Source of the DNA: Selaginella moellendorffii
Taxonomy: Eukaryota; Plantae; Lycopodiophyta
DNA: 64,000 nt
Direction: 5' to 3'
Assembly: GCF_000143415.4 (NCBI RefSeq)
Contig: NW_003314261.1
Span: 1,227,674 to 1,291,673 of the forward strand
Positions 1-12,100 of the stretch are shown one piece after another. Below the pieces are notes generated by a model that saw only the letters and a program-made list of their open reading frames with translations, was not told the DNA's origin and ran no database searches. Positions within the stretch are counted from its first letter, which is position 1. Each line of letters begins with the position of its first letter. The position numbers and the translations under genes were made by a program.

Positions 1-3000
1 CCAAGGTACCACCAACATATCAGCCCGTTACGCTAAGGCCATGCCCATTCACCTTGGTCACACCGGTGGTCTAACACCACCTCCATCACAGTCCCGTCTC
101 TCAAAGACTAGGCCATCCGTTCATGATCATCCCAGATTGACTCCTTAGCATCCTTAGGATGCTGATAGACATGGGGAATATCCTTCCCCCAATGTCCCTT
201 TTTTGGTCCCCACCAAGTCCCTTTACTGTCCATGGCTATGTTCACCGACACTGCCACTAAATCAAGGCTCACAGGCCCGACCACTAAGTCCTATGGTCCT
301 CTGGGACTTCCTCACCATGTGACTATATCCTTAGTCACTACACTAGAGGACTGCTCCTCCTCCTTTCCCCCATTTGGGACTCCGGGACAACTTTTCGGAA
401 CACCGTGGGCCTACGCGAGCCCCGTGGGTACTCTCCCCACTTTCCGCCTTTAGGTGCTCTAGCCATGGACTTAGAGTGAGGTTCCGTTGAGCCACACTTG
501 GTATCCAAGTAGGTAGTGCCACCTACACTTGGACTGGGAGCATTGGCCAGTCGATCTTCCGAGGGAACTAGAGTCGGCTCTTGAACACTTCACGAAGCTA
601 CCCCGCTTGTCGGTCCGTATTCACTCTAGTCTTGAACTTCTCAGTGGTCAGTTTCTCACCCAACACTGGGTCTGGCCTTCCTGGGCCAAACTGGCTTTTC
701 CTGGCCAAACTGGCTCCACTGCAGTCCTCCCCCTTACTATACTTTTGGAGCTCACCAAACCCCCCAGGGTCTGGGAGACGAACGCTTTGGGCTTTCATGC
801 TCTCAGACTCGAACTTGGACTCGGACTCGGACTCGGACTCGGACTCGGGCTCAAGCTCGGACTCAGACTTGGGCTCGGTCTCGGCCTCCGCCTCAGTCTC
901 GGTCTCGGTCCTGGTCTCGGTCTCGATCTCGGTCTCGGTCTCGGTCCCGGTCTCGGTCCCGGTCTCGGTCTCGACCTTGGACTCCATCTCGAGTCCTTCT
1001 CGGACTCCATCTTGGATTCCATCTCGGGTCCATCTCGAACTCCATCTCGGACTCCGTCTCAGTCCATCTCGGACTCCATCTCGGTCCATCTCGGACTTCA
1101 TCTCGGACTCCATCTCGGTCCATCTCGGACTCCACTTCGGACTCCATCTCGGACTCCACTTCGGACTCCATCTCAGACTCCATCTCGGACTCCACCTCAG
1201 ACTCTGTCTCGGTCCATCTCGAACTCCATCTCGGACTCTATCTCGGGTCCATCTCGGACTCCATCTGGGACTCTATCTGGGACTCCATCTTAGACTCCAT
1301 CTCGGACTCCACCTCGGACTCCACCTCGGACTCCATCTCGGACTCCATCTCGGACTCTGTCTTCGTCCATCTTGGAGTCCATCTTAGAGTCCAACTTGGG
1401 TCCATTTCGGACTCCATCTCAGACACTTCCACGTGTCATGTGTTGGTCCTTTTGGGTCCCTTTTTGGAGCCTTGCTTATTGCTCACTTCGTGCTTGTTCC
1501 TCGAGCACTTTGTTGGGAGTTCCACTCCCGCTCTCGACCTTTCAAGTCGGAGCTTTTAGTCCAAACTTGTTATGCTCGTTTGACTTTCGCTTTGGCCACT
1601 ACCATGTGGCACCCTTCCGGCTCCACTTTGGGGCCTAGGGATTTTGTGTCTCACAACTCCACCACCCATAGATGAAGTTCGATGTCCTCATCGAACGGTA
1701 AACCCTTTTATAGAGTAATACCCACATGTATTACCATTTCCATCCTTAGCCCCTGGCCAATATTTGTCTATGGTTTGACACCGAAGGCTCACCATGCCTT
1801 GTCCATCATCTAAGGAGCATAGCCTCTCTAACTTAGAGGCTCATTTGACCACTTGTGGTGGTTCTCTCCTTTTATTGGTTTAGCTCTCACTAAACTGGTT
1901 AGAGACACCCTCTCTAACTCAATTCCACTACTCATTCTTGAGTAGTCTCAGATTCTATTGACATAACCTTTGCACTTTGGAACTTTTTAGTTTTGACTTC
2001 TCGAAGTCAATTTCCTAGGTGTCCCCGACACTTTTCATTGCATATATTGTGCCAACCCCACATCCTCATCCTTGGACGTTCTCTATTTGAGGGCACCATC
2101 ATCCTCCTTTCTATTTTGTGCCATCTTTGGCACTAAATTCCAGCTATCGTAAGTTGTGCTAGAGCTGTCTATAGCTCTATCATTTGGCTACTTTGCCGCT
2201 CCCTCCCTTGGAGCTTTCACCTTTGCCAACTTGGAGCAATTGGGAATCCATCCTTGGAAGAACACTTCCTTTCTCAAAACCCGTTAGCATCCAACACATT
2301 AGTGTTCCATGCCTAATTTTCCCATTTGGATTGTTTCCCATGATTCCCACGGCTCTTTTCTTAGCCACTAGTCTTTTGCTCCTATCCTTGATTGTTGCAC
2401 CCAGCAACATAGGATCGCTACCTCCATTTTCGAGGTTTCCTTTCAGTTCCATAGCAAACACTTTGTTTTGGCCAAGTCCAAAGGGTGTTCATCCCTAGTA
2501 CGTCTCTTTTAACATTTCTGGCTGTGGGCTCTATCCATAGCCTAACTTTTGAGACCCTCCCTTGGATCTTTTATAAAGACTACTTTCTTTGGACTTACTA
2601 TGCCATAGCAATGACATAGCTCATTTCCCATAGGTGCTCTTCCCACTTGGTCACCTTGACCAAGCCACACCATTATCAATAGTTCAAATCAACACTTTGA
2701 ACTAGGAATCATATCCCTTAACCCAAACAAAGACCTTGTCCTTGTTTAGCCACAAGATCACCTAGTGATCTCATCTTGACCCCTTAATAGGTCTACCAAT
2801 AGGAACTAGGTCTTCTAGACCCTTCTAAGTTGTTGATTATGACCCCGGGGGCATCTCCCACACTTGGTGGTGCGCCCAAGCCAGCCCTTTCGGCCAAGGA
2901 TCCATAGCAACTGAGACTTGGGTGTCCCCATCTCATTCACCACGTCCTTGGTGCCCTTTGCACCAAAGTGTTCAAGTTAGATATGCCGAACTTTCATTCT

Positions 3001-6000
3001 AAGCAATCTAACCGTGCATCACGACTCCGAGGCATCCCTCGCTTGGCGATGTGCCCAAACCAGTCTCCTCACTGAGAGTCCATGACCACCGAAATATGAG
3101 TGTCCTCATATTCCAAACCATCACCACACCCTAGTGATTTGGGACTTGAACCCAAGCACTAGAGGGTCTGGACTCAAACCCAACCTCCGTATATGCATCT
3201 ACGGATGGCATCACCTTAGATGCCTGGCGTGACTCCCCACGCCGGTGCACCAACTTATACTTAAAGCGCGCTACAGATCACAGCTTAGGAACCTAGTTCC
3301 TCCACACTGCCAAGTCCTCTCACTTGACAAGTCCGTGATCATGCATGGACTCCTCCATGCTTGGCCCTATGGCCCACTCTTTTTGAAGTAATCACCTTCA
3401 ACTAGGGTATTCATTCCCCTGACTTGCCAATCTCATTTGGCAAGTCCTCCGACCACCGTAAGATGGTTCCTGCATAAGCGTGAAAGTCCTTGACCATCGA
3501 CTTTTGTTCAAAGCCCTCTCTTTGAACACTCGGGAACTACTTCCCTAACCTTGATAGCTTTGCCTCATAGCAAGCTTCAAAACCACGCTTCTGCTGTGCC
3601 ACTTTGGTTTTGCGCGTTCCATGAACCATTTACACTTGGCCTTTCTAGGTACTAAGCTACCTAGAATCGTCTTTGGGAACTTTGAAGGAACTCTATCCCT
3701 TAGCTTGCTAAGGCCTCCCTTTTCGCAAGCTTTCTAGTTGCCATATAGTCTAGTATGGAAAATTCCATATTTTAAACTTTCCATGGCATCACGGTTGCTA
3801 GCAACAACACCCTCGAGCCCCCACTTGATTCTCCACTCCCAACTGGCATAACCCCCCTTTGTTATGCCCTTCGATTTCTATGGTTTGGTTCTATCCCCTT
3901 ACTACTTGCTTTTGGCTTCACACCTTTCTTTCGGTCATTCTCCTCCAGATTAGGAGGATAGCTTGCACTTTCTATCATGCCTTAGCAAGTATTCTTAGGG
4001 ATGAACCAACCCGATAGCCTAGGGAGTGGTTCCTCAATCCAGGTATACTCACCTTATAATCCCACACACCGGGATTAACGTTTGTTGCTCATGGGCCCTT
4101 ACATGCCCATCACTAGCCTTGCCAAAATTCCATTTTTGGCTTTGTCCAATTTGGGTAGACAGTCTTCTCCCGTCTTCGCAACCTTGAACATTTGGATAGC
4201 GCCTTTTATCCATCATTCACTAGGGACTTAGTCCCTTGGGCCTTATCTATTGCCTTCGCGACATCAAACACCACCTCCCGGTGTCCTAGAGTGTTTTGGT
4301 GTCCCAAATGATGGCCTGTTTGACAATGAGCATTCCCTTTTATGACATTGACTTACTATATCGCAACATAAGCAATTTATCCCTCGTAAAGGTATATCTA
4401 ACTTCTTTATGCCATTAAGAAGTCTTGGGTAGCTACCTTCTACCAGTTTGACCAATTATCTTGCACCTTTTGCTTAGTTGCCTCATAGTTGTCAAGTCCT
4501 ACAACTCATTGTTGGTGCTTCCACACCTCCATCATTGTTTTGGTCACCACACTCTACCACATGCCTTCCAGCTTAGGCTATGCCATCCCCATTTCTATTA
4601 GGATTCCCCTTTGGTAAGGGGTTCTTATGAACCCACCAACATAACCTCAAGGTATCACACCTTGGCACATTTGGTATCTCCACACCATTGGCCCCACGAG
4701 CCTATCCTTATGACACTACTTATTAGTGTCTAGGTCTTTGTCAAGACCAATATAGTTGTGCCTTATGCTAACTATTCGTTAGCACCGCACCATAATATTT
4801 GTCCCCAACTCTGGGCCAAAGTTGCTTTTTTCTGGGAACATCTTTCCCACAACTTTAGTATGGCACATTTTGCCATCAATGAGATATCTTCTGTTCTCAT
4901 ACTTGGATCTTATGATCCTCCCCATACCTCATGGGGCAGCATACACCTCAGTCTAAATGCTTCAACCAATCCCTTAGGACCATTTCTTGACCCTACTTGA
5001 GTCATCCAGCATTTTTGGACTTCGCTAAACCAACGACCCATAAGGTCTTATTTTTGAGGTGCCAGCTCACTCGAATACAACTTCATGTATTCATGTCCTA
5101 CTCATAAGGACCATCTTGCAAGTGTTACTCCAACACTTCATTATTTCCCGTTCTCTGTGGGCTGCCTTTTGCCCCTTAGGACTATCCATCCCCATGATGA
5201 GAATGCTGACTCATTCTTTGAGCACACCCACAACTCCTTGGGTTCGTTCCAGCATTTATAAAAGGTAGCCCCAGCTACCATTTCGAGGGCTCTTGCCTTC
5301 ATTCGTACTTGACCTCTCATGGTCATCAATTCCGGTCTCAAATTCATGAGCACCAGCCTCAACTATGTGCGGATTATCTTGTGACTCCTTTATTATTTTG
5401 GAGTCTGCATCTTTCCTGTGATCCCAACTATAGTTGTTTACCACAACTATATCAGCCAGTTTGCTAAGTTAAACGCTCATCTGGATCACATCCTCAACTC
5501 TTTGAGGAAACCCTTATACTGTTCCCAAGATCCCAAAGTCGTTCCCTTACTGGCCCCTTTTCTATCCACCACATTGCGCCCAAGTTCACGCATGAACTTG
5601 AGTGGAGAGCCATGTCCTCTCGACATGCTACTCCTCCAGGATAGGCCCACTCCTAGGACCTTCCGATGCCAATATCAATGGTGATATACTTGAGCACCAA
5701 TAAAAGTCAGACTAAGGAACAGCTCCGATACCAAGTTGTAAGCGGCTAAATTTTCCATTCTACTTTAGTCACTTAACCACACCTTGGGTCCTTCTCGGAC
5801 TCCATCTCGGATTCCATCTTGGGTCCATCTCGGACTCCATCTCGGACTCCGTCTCGGTCCATCTCGGACTTCATCTCGGACTCTATCTCGGTCCATCTCA
5901 GACTCCATCTCGGTCCATCTCGGACTCCACTTCGGACTCCATCGCGGACTCCATCTCGGACTCCACCTCGGACTCTGTCTCGGTCCATCTCGAACTCCAT

Positions 6001-6343
6001 CTCGGACTCCACCTCGGACTCCACCTCGGACTCCATCTTGGACTCCGTCTTCGTCCATCTCGGACTCCATCTCGGAGTCCAACTTGGGTCCATTTCGGAC
6101 TCCATCTCAGACACTTCCACGTGTCATGTGTTGGTCCTTTTGGGTCCCTTTTTGGAGCCTCGCTTATTGCTCACTTCGTGCTTGTTCCTCGAGCACTTTG
6201 CTGGGAGTTCCACTCCCGTGCTCGACCTTTCAAGTCGGAGCGTTTAGTCCAAACTTGTTACGCTCGTTTGACTTTCGCTTTGGCCACTACCACATGGCAC
6301 CCTTCCGGCTCCACTTTGGGGCCTAGGGATTATGTGTCTCACA
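1..6343 (-). mobile_element. Degenerate Ty3/gypsy-type LTR retrotransposon (family A), minus orientation; 3' LTR runs off the window start
   Basis: 5' LTR 5737-6343 (TG...CA). tRNA-iMet PBS reads gctccgatacca on + at 5722-5733. Purine tract at 1656-1670 abuts the 3' LTR (<1-1655). Both LTRs share the ending ...gcctagggat(t/a)tgtgtctcaca. The internal 4 kb has only stop-riddled gag/RT-like traces (e.g. KKLDI at ~4400). Confidence 0.85.
790..1420. repeat. Tandem 6/12-bp repeat array inside family A LTR (units tcggac/tcggtc and ggactccatctc)
   Basis: Directly visible. Related arrays at 5790-6110, 11140-11520 and 17250-17450. It is the source of the long low-complexity ORFs. Confidence 0.95.
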
Positions 6344-6745
6344 GTACCCATATCCTCACGTTAGGCCACCGATATACCAAAATAGCGCTAGACTCCATTT
6401 GGCTCTGTTTTGTGTGCTGGTCTTGGCAATGGGATGCTAGTTGCTCTAGGACTATTCCAAGTTGCTCTGGGCTCTTGTACTTTCACTCCTTGGGCTGTAT
6501 GCTCGGGAATTGCTTCATGGTTTGGTTCCATCGCTCTTTGGCTCCATATTTGGGAGTTTGGCACCGTTCCTTTGTTCAGTGGCCCAAGGCCCTGAACCTC
6601 AGGTTCCACACCACTATCCTATGGACACGTGGCATGTGATATGTGGCATATAACACGTGGCACATGGAGGGTTTAGGTTCCACTTCGTGGTGTTATCTTA
6701 TGGTAAATCACCATAGGATAAAGGGTAAAAACCACGTGCGCTACA
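6344..6745 (+). mobile_element. 3' part of an LTR of family B, interrupted by the family A insertion
   Basis: Colinear with 20090-20467 (gtacccatat...ttaggccacc...aaaaccacgtgcgctaca); ends in CA. Confidence 0.75.
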
Positions 6746-6759
6746 ACATAGTGACTTGC

Positions 6760-7445
6760 TGTAGCGCATGTGATCATGGGATGAGATTTGGATATATTGT
6801 CACCATGGATCCTTGGAACCTTGGGGGATAAATGGGGATAAAATAGCCACTAAGGGCTCTCTCATCAAGCAATTGCCCCTTTTCCAGTTGGCTTAAGGGG
6901 AGAGAGATAAGGTGCGCTATAGTTGGTATCGGAGCAAATGGCACGGGTTCGATTCCCATTGATTAGTGGCTACCTAAAATATAATATACCCTTGAGCAAG
7001 GTATATTTTTACCCCTAAATTTGAAAATCGTATGTATTGGACATCCATGCGTACGTCCTTCCTCTTGTGGAGCATCCTCTTGTGGAGCATCCCAGATGAA
7101 GGTATCCACCGTAGGACTGCGGTACGGGTGGATGACTAGTTGCCTCACATGGAATAGCTGGTCTACACGATAGAAGGATTGGTAGATTCAGTGCGGAAAT
7201 GGAGGTGCTGGTTCCCCTTGGCTCAATAGGGGTTGTTAATCAATAGTCAATGAGGACATTGACATCTCTAAAGGGGGGGTGAGTGTAGCGCATGTGATCA
7301 TGGGATGAGATTTGGATATACTGTCACCGTGGATCCTTGGAACCTTGGGGGATAAATGGGGATAAAATAGCCACTAAGGGCTCTCTCATCAAGCAATTGC
7401 CCCTTTTCCAGTTGGCTTAAGGGGAGAGAGATAAGGTGTGCTACA
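6760..7445 (+). mobile_element. TRIM (terminal-repeat retrotransposon in miniature), family 1
   Basis: 162-bp LTRs at 6760-6921 and 7284-7445; PBS tggtatcggagc 6924-6935; PPT aaagggggggtgag; 5-bp TSD CTTGC on both sides; no coding capacity. Confidence 0.95.
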
Positions 7446-9160
7446 CTTGCTCAACCTAACATACCCTTTTCAAGTTGATGGTTGAGTTCTTTAAGTTTCT
7501 TTTTGTTTAACCAATAATAAGAATGAAACACTACCTTAGCACCCTCGACCAACTCAATCTTATGCTTTTTTTGAACCCTACCAGTAATTCCTTTGGCATG
7601 GCATCTTAAAATTGATTTAACACCTACTAAATCATTAAAGCCACTTCTTCTATTCTAGTCTTTTTGTCACTCTTCATTAAGAGTAAACACAAAAAATGCT
7701 ACTTTGGTTCCTTTAGTGAGTTGTCTTTTTGTGGATACCACATTTAAGCAAGCGTTTTTTGCCTTACATTGCTTTACTTTAAGATCTTGGGCCTTCACCT
7801 TAGAAGGTTCTCCTTAGGAATTTGCCAATACCACTAGGTTTTTACTTTATCTATGCAAGGCTACTATAAACCAATTGAACCAATCCATCCCAAAACTCAT
7901 GTCAAATCCCATAATGTCTAAAACAATGAAGTCTATGTCCACTTTCCATATCTCTACTTTGACTCTTACTTGTTAAAATACGTCATTAATGCTTTGGCTA
8001 CCTTAAACAAACTTTGGTTCTCTTAGCCATTGCATTGTTAGTTTGGTTTGCCATATTATGTCTGTAGCCATAAAATTATCCAAAATACTCATATTAATAA
8101 AGATCTTAACAAAGCTACCTTTGAGTTTCCCTTGGAGGGTTAGTAGATGTTGTGAATGACATTTTACCAAAGTTACTCATATGATGAGAAACTTTGAGCT
8201 AGGGACTAGATCGCATATATCAATTTAGACTTCACCCGATTTAATGGTTATATTGACTTTAGCATTCGTCGGGTAGGGATATTCTTTCAAAATGTGTTTT
8301 GCTTCTCTACAATTATAGCATATGTTGTTTCCCTTATTGCTAACAGACTTAGTTTTTTATCAGTGGGTTTGTCCCTTTTCACTTAACTCTTTTACATAGT
8401 TGCTCTCTAGCCACCGGATTTGCATTTTCGAAACCTTGAGGATTCATTCTTAGAGAGACTCTTTCTACATTTCCCTTTCTTATATATATCTCTCTTGGTT
8501 TGGCTCCCTTGCTAAATATAGATCCAGACTACATCATATTCTTTTTTGCTGATTATCATTGAAATGCACATTGATAGTTGCATCTAATGCTTCCTTGTAG
8601 TTGGTCGGGCTCCAATGCATCACCTTGCCTCGAACCCAAGTCTACAAGCTTGATATAAAGACATGGAACACATCCATGTTGCTCATATCCATTACAAGGA
8701 TCCTTTTGGCCATAAATGCATTTACATACTCTTAAATGGTTCATGTCTCCTTTAGCTTACTTAGCTCATCACTTAGATGCAAAATAGCATTTGGGGGAAC
8801 ATAAGTTACACAAATTCTCACTTTCATCACTTCCCAAGTGGCCATTAGTCCTATTGAGGTGTGGCATCTCAATCTTCCTTTTTGTAGCTTTGCTTATGTC
8901 CTAAGCTCTTTCCATACTCTAGCCCAAGAGGCAAAGTGTAGAACCCTTGATATTTTGCCCTCATAGGATTTTTATACAACTATTTAGAATATTCTAAGAA
9001 TCAAAATATTCTCTCTCTCTCTCTCTAATGCCCATAGCTGTAACGGTAGTAGTAGGATCCTACTCTTATAGTAGAAGTAGGAGTAGGAGTAGAATCATAT
9101 TTTGAGAATTAGAATATTCCCTCTCTCTCTCTCTCAAGATGTTTATAGTTGCTATAGACA
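7446..9160 (-). mobile_element. Decayed Ty3/gypsy gag-protease-RT fragment
   Basis: Minus-strand remnants: CYNCREAKH zinc knuckle (~8290-8320), GMDWF-like post-protease motif (~7880), HKIELVEG pre-RT motif (~7540-7565); many stops. Confidence 0.7.
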
Positions 9161-9199
9161 ACCATGGTGGATTGCCACAAGCTCCAACATGGTGAGAAT

Positions 9200-12100
9200 C
9201 CACGACCAAGCTAAAGAAGTCTAATGTCAAGAACTAGTAATTATTGTTAGAGGTAGAAACAAGAAAAGACAAAGGAAAAGAAAGAGAAAAATTGAAAAAG
9301 TAAATAGGGAAATAGAGTGAAGTTTTGTAGAGAGAAAACCACATGGGAAAAACTCTAAGCTAGAACTAGACACTCAAGTCGGGAAAAGTGACAAAGAAAG
9401 AAAAACAAAGAAAAAGAAGAAAAAGAAAGAAAAAACAAGGCACAAATTTAAACTTTAACCTCACAAATCTCCAAACTATTGAGAAGTTCCTCAGACACAT
9501 TTGGCTCACCCCCAAAGTTTTAGGAAAGAAAGTGAAGTAGAGTGAATGCATTGTGTAGTGAGGGTATGTGCAAAAAGAGATGAAGATTGTGGCCCAAGAG
9601 GTGATGGGATGGATGGAATGGAAGCCGCATTATGGTAGATGATAGAAAAGAGGACTATGTGTGATGTGATATAACAAGACTAGAAGTAGCAACTGATATG
9701 CCGTCAGGATTTGATGTAGGGTGTGTTGCAACCTAGGATGAAGTGGCTTCTATAGCCAAACACAGCTGGAAACATGTGGAGTGAAGAGAGTTGTTTGCTC
9801 CACTGATGAGTGTTTGGATGCTTATTCTGTGCATGCTCAACTGACTAAAGAAAAGAGCTGGAATGTCCTTAGATTTGCCGCAAGTCTCATATTATGATGG
9901 TTCAAGTTGTATCTTTTGTCTTTCAAGTCCAAAACATTTGATTTTTGTTATGTTGTATTACTGACAATCTTCTTGATAGAGTGATGTTGGAAGATCCCAA
10001 GTACCATGTATGGAAATAATGAAAAACTGAGATTCGGTATCTATGATGATGGAATGCAATGACACTAAAAGTGAATAAAGTGATGGTTTGTGAATGCAAG
10101 TGAATGAAGAGGAGGATGTGCCATTGAAAGTGATAGAGGTAAGAACCTAGGAAAAAAGGGGAAAAGTAAAGATGAACAAGATCCTGGATGAGTGGAGTTA
10201 ATGCCACATTGAGGCTAGAATCCAAGCTTGAGCTTCTTCGGCAAGAGGATATGGCCTGGAAGGACATGAGAAACAAGTGAAAACAAAGAAGAAAAAAAAA
10301 CAAAAGTGAAAACTCAAAGAGAGGATAGAATTCACCACTAGTGAAGAAGGTGGTGAGTTGAGCTTTGATTGAGTGTTGTCATGAAGAAGCTCACCTCTGG
10401 AGGGTGAAGGGAATCTTAGAGAAAGCCTTGAATTCCATGGAAAGTTGAGCTGAAGTTAGGCATGATGATCCAAAGTGTGTGGTGTCAAGAGAATCTGGGA
10501 CCGCAAGAGATGTTGATATGAGATTTGGAACATGATGTTTAGCTGTGCTGGCTGGGTGACTGAGTTGTGCAATAGCTGCTATATGACGTCCATTGGAAGA
10601 GCTAGAGATGTGGGAGGAGTCATGGAAGATATACCAGTTAAGCTTGGAGAAGATGTGCTATCAAGTTGGAAAGGTACAACATCAACTATAGGGGATCCAG
10701 CAAATGCCGACTTAAAGGGCAATTTGCATGTGATGGTTGGACTTGGTACTTGTTGAACAATTGAGTTATGCTCTCCATTGATGTCTGGGTTTGTTGGGTG
10801 ACATTTTATATGAGTTCGAGCCACAGCTGTAAGGGTCTTATCATTGATGGTGTTGATGTGGAGAGTCAATTACTTTCCTTTGCTTGTAGATAGGGTGGTG
10901 TGAGACACAAATCCCTAAGCCCCAAAGTGGAGCCAAAAAGGTGCCATATGGCAGTAGTCAAAGTGGAAGTTTAACAAATGTAACAACTAAAAGCTCCAAC
11001 TTGGAAAATCGAGAGCGGGAGTGGAACCCTAAACAAAGTGCTCGAAGCAATTGGTGAATGAGTCTCTAAAAAGGGATATAAAAAGGATTAACACATGGCA
11101 AGTGCCATAACACATAGAAGTGTCAAGAACAAGTCCAAGAAGTAGTCTAAAAAAGAGTCTGAGATGGAGTCTAAGAAGGAGTTTGAGATGGATCCAAAAT
11201 GGACCCGAGATGAAGTCCTAGATGGACCCAAGATGTCTAGGACCCAAGATGGAGTTCGAGATACCTCGCACTCCATCTTGGGTCCATCTAAGACTCCATC
11301 TTGGGTCCATCTCGGACTCCATCTCAAATCCACCTCAAACTCCATTTTGGGTCAGTCCAAGATGGACTTGAGATGGAGTCCAAGGTCAAGATCAAGACTG
11401 AGACTGAGACTGAGACCAAGGTTGAGACCAAGGCCAAGACTGAGATTGAGACCAAGACCGAGACTGAGACCGAGACCGAGATTGAGTTTGAGTCCGAGAC
11501 TGAATCGGATTCTAAATCTAACTTCGAGGTGAAAGCCCAAAGTGATTGTGTCCCAGACCCTGAGGGGTTTGATGAGCTCTAAAAGTATAGTAAAGGGGAG
11601 GACTCTAGTGGAGCTAATTTGGCCAAGAAAGGCCAGTGTGTCCAAGGAAGGATACCTATGTGTTGGGTGATGATATAACCATTGAAGAGTCCAAGGCTAA
11701 AATGAATACAGACAGACAACTAGGGTGGTTTGGTGAAGTGTTTAAGAGCTGGCTTTAGCTTCCTTGAGAGATCGAATGGTCGATGCTCCCAATCCAAGTG
11801 TGGGTGGCACTACTTACTTGGGTACCTGGAGTGGCTCATCATAACGTCGCTCATGTCACATAGCTAGGGCACCTAAGGGTAGAAGGTGGAGAGAGTACCC
11901 ATGAGGCTGGCATAAGTCCATAGTGTTTCGAAATGTCATCCCAAAGTCCTGGACTATGGAAAGGAAGAGGAGTAGTCATTTGGTGTAATGACCAAGGATA
12001 CAATCACATAGTGAGGAAGTCTCAAGGGACAATAGGACTTAGTGGTTGGGACTTTGGGCCTTGACCCAAAGGCCTTGAGCGGTGTTGGTGAGTACGGCTG

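Noticed and set aside
529-1432. Long overlapping ORFs (LGLGLG, SDSDSD, ETETET) here and at 5765-6326 and 11088-11645
   Set aside because: Artefacts of stop-free 6/12-bp tandem repeats inside LTRs; open in several frames on both strands.
6760-7445. Cassandra (5S-bearing) TRIM or a true tRNA gene
   Set aside because: No 5S rRNA similarity in the LTR and no cloverleaf; only box-like motifs.
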